Assembly (NCBI GenBank): GCA_041393235.1
Contig: JAWKKO010000004.1
Location: 7,581-71,580, forward strand
Reading direction: 5' to 3'
From: Bacteroidales bacterium
GTDB taxonomy: Bacteria; Bacteroidota; Bacteroidia; Bacteroidales; GCA-2748055
Length of the DNA stretch: 64,000 bases
The position numbers and the translations under genes were made by a program. The notes beneath the pieces were generated by a model. The model did not search any database and was not told the origin of the DNA. It was given only the letters and a program-made list of their open reading frames with translations. Positions 62,090 to 64,000 of the stretch are shown here, piece by piece. Position 1 is the stretch's first letter; each line of letters opens with the position of its first letter.

Positions 62090-63664
62090 ATGGATTTCGA
62101 CAAGGGCATTTTCCAGGACATCGGATACCTGCAGGCGGTTCTGATGCATTCCCCCTCGGCCATTCTGGTGCTTGACAAAAACACCCAGATCCTGGAAGTC
62201 AATCCCGCCATGGAAAAGATCAGTTCCTACAGCCGCGAAGAGTTGCTGGACCAACGAAAATGGACGGAACTCGTCCTCAGCGAGGATCGGGACGGACTGA
62301 AAAACATGCTCCGCATGCTCAAAGCCGACGACGGGAGTCGGCCCGAACAGCTCCAATGCCGCTTCGTCGATCGAAAGGGAAACCCGAAGACGGTCCTTCT
62401 CTCCGGGACCTACCTTCCGGGAACCAAACACACGATCCTTTCCCTCATCGACATCACCGAACACAAAGAAACCGAGAAAAAGCTGGAAGTGGACCGGTCC
62501 AGGGCGGAAGCCTCCGACCGCTTGAAAACCGCCTTTTTGGGAAACCTTTCCCACGAGATCCGGACCCCCATGAATGCCATCGTGGGCTTTGCAAGCCTGC
62601 TGCAGATGGAAGAACTGTCGGAGGACAAAAAGTCTCTGTATCTGACGCAGATCATCAACGGGAGCACCGATTTGCTCAACCTGATCGAGAAAACCATCGT
62701 TCTCTCCCGGATCGACCTGGGGCAGATCAAGATCAACCGGAGGCAGTTCTTCGTCAACAAAAGTCTCCAGGAATTGACGGTGAAATACAGGCAGATCCTG
62801 GCCGACTACGGAAAAGAGGACATTGATCTGGAATTCCTTGCCGGAACCACCGACAACGACTTTGTGATCCAGGCGGACAGGCTTCGGATCATGGAAGTGC
62901 TGAACAATTTGTTGGAAAATGCCGTAAAATTCACCACCAGCGGAAAGATCACCTTTGGCTATGCCTATGTGGAAGAAGACCAGGGAGATGGACGCGATTC
63001 GCTGCTCTTCTATGTCAAGGACACCGGGCCCGGCATTGCCCGGGACAAAACCGGTATCATCTTCGATCGCTTTGTGAAACTGGTGGATAAAAACGACACC
63101 GTGCTCCGGGGTGCGGGTCTGGGTCTTGCCATCGCCAGGGACCTGGTGGAGCTCATGGGTGGTGACATGTGGGTTGAAAGCAACCCCGGTGAAGGCAGCA
63201 AGTTTTATTTCACCCTCCCGCTCACCTTCAGCAAGGCCCGGGAAGCGGAGCCGGTCCATGGCCAGGCCCGACCGACCTACGATGACTGGTCGGGTCGGGT
63301 CGTTCTCGTGGCGGAGGACATCGAAACCAATTATTTGTATATCAAAGAATTGCTATCTCCAACCCGGATCAACATCCTGCGGGCAAGAGACGGACTGGAA
63401 GCAGTGGAAATTTTTGAGAAGCATCCGGAAATCGAGATTGTCCTCATGGACATCCTCATGCCGGGATTGGACGGTTACGAAGCCACACAACGCATCCGGA
63501 GCAGTCGGCCGGACATTCCCGTCCTCGCCCAAACTGCCTTTACCTTTGAAGGGGAAATCCAGGATGGTTTGTATGCAGGATGTTTCACCGATTACATCAT
63601 GAAACCCTTCACCCGGGACATGCTGTTGGCCGGCATCAAAAAACACCTGGTCCGGACTACATGA
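62090..63664 (+). CDS. PAS-domain hybrid sensor histidine kinase / response regulator
   Basis: 524 aa with PAS (ILVLDKNTQILEVNPAMEKISSYSREELL), H-box SHEIRTPMNAI, G2 GAGLGLAI and a receiver domain (VLMDILMPGLDG). Confidence 0.9.
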   Translation: MDFDKGIFQDIGYLQAVLMHSPSAILVLDKNTQILEVNPAMEKISSYSREELLDQRKWTELVLSEDRDGLKNMLRMLKADDGSRPEQLQCRFVDRKGNPKTVLLSGTYLPGTKHTILSLIDITEHKETEKKLEVDRSRAEASDRLKTAFLGNLSHEIRTPMNAIVGFASLLQMEELSEDKKSLYLTQIINGSTDLLNLIEKTIVLSRIDLGQIKINRRQFFVNKSLQELTVKYRQILADYGKEDIDLEFLAGTTDNDFVIQADRLRIMEVLNNLLENAVKFTTSGKITFGYAYVEEDQGDGRDSLLFYVKDTGPGIARDKTGIIFDRFVKLVDKNDTVLRGAGLGLAIARDLVELMGGDMWVESNPGEGSKFYFTLPLTFSKAREAEPVHGQARPTYDDWSGRVVLVAEDIETNYLYIKELLSPTRINILRARDGLEAVEIFEKHPEIEIVLMDILMPGLDGYEATQRIRSSRPDIPVLAQTAFTFEGEIQDGLYAGCFTDYIMKPFTRDMLLAGIKKHLVRTT

Positions 63665-64000
63665 GCTCCATGGAGTAAACGATGGCCTCCACTTGTTTGA
63701 GCTTCACCCGTTTCTTTTGGTTGGGGTAGTAGATGTACCCGTCCACCACGACCACCCGGTTCCGGGCTTCATCGTACACGGCGTGAGAGATGAAGGGTCC
63801 GCCCATGTACCCGTTCTCCAATTCCCACAGTCCACGGATCTCCACGACCTCCCGGTTTCCCATTTTCACATCGAACACCTGGGGCGGGTAGAGGGGAGAA
63901 ATGGTCATGTAGGAACCGTCCCGGGGGCCAGCGACATATTTCCTGGTGAATTCGTTCCGCTTGGAAAGAAGATTTTCAGTGGACAGGGCATCCGGTCCGT
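63657..64000 (-). CDS. hypothetical protein, C-terminal part only (5' end beyond the window); possibly DUF4837-like
   Basis: The frame is open from 64000 down to the stop at 63657 (...KYVAGPRDGSYMTISPLYPPQVFDVKMGN...IYYPNQKKRVKLKQVEAIVYSMELM). The M at 63908 is internal. Confidence 0.5.
   Translation of the reverse strand, partial: GPDALSTENLLSKRNEFTRKYVAGPRDGSYMTISPLYPPQVFDVKMGNREVVEIRGLWELENGYMGGPFISHAVYDEARNRVVVVDGYIYYPNQKKRVKLKQVEAIVYSMELM

Overview
GC-rich chromosomal core-genome window. Gene content and order look like Bacteroidota: a dcw cluster (mraZ-rsmH-ftsL-ftsI-murE-mraY-murD), exbB-hyp-exbD-exbD, an S46 peptidase, a sigma-54 EBP/lptE/secG/groES-groEL block, an IPExxxVDY protein after rnc, and an acyltransferase plus GNAT lipoamino-acid pair. 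I call about 60 protein genes, 2 tRNAs (Ser-GGA, Arg-CCG), 2 disrupted genes (murE, gdhA), several intrinsic terminators and an MraZ-type operator. I recognised no rRNA, CRISPR array, transposase, integrase or phage genes. The many 500-880 aa ORFs in the track that lie antisense to conserved genes are high-GC shadow ORFs. The track also translates TTG/GTG starts as M, so several real starts are internal; I checked these in the DNA. I do not see a convincing multi-gene novel (for example defence-type) system. The best candidates for something undescribed are: (1) a lower-GC insertion-like stretch between exbD and a TonB_C gene, carrying a palindromic repeat, an uncharacterised PLD-like/MORN fusion gene, tRNA-Arg and an orphan MCP; (2) a ~130-nt terminator-capped leader or sRNA upstream of a J-domain membrane protein; (3) a sigma-54-type -24/-12 motif in front of groES, downstream of a sensor-less EBP; (4) an oddly localised, heavily frameshifted centre of gdhA. 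Homopolymer-type indels at three loci also raise a sequence-quality question. All functional names come from my reading of the translations; no database search was run.
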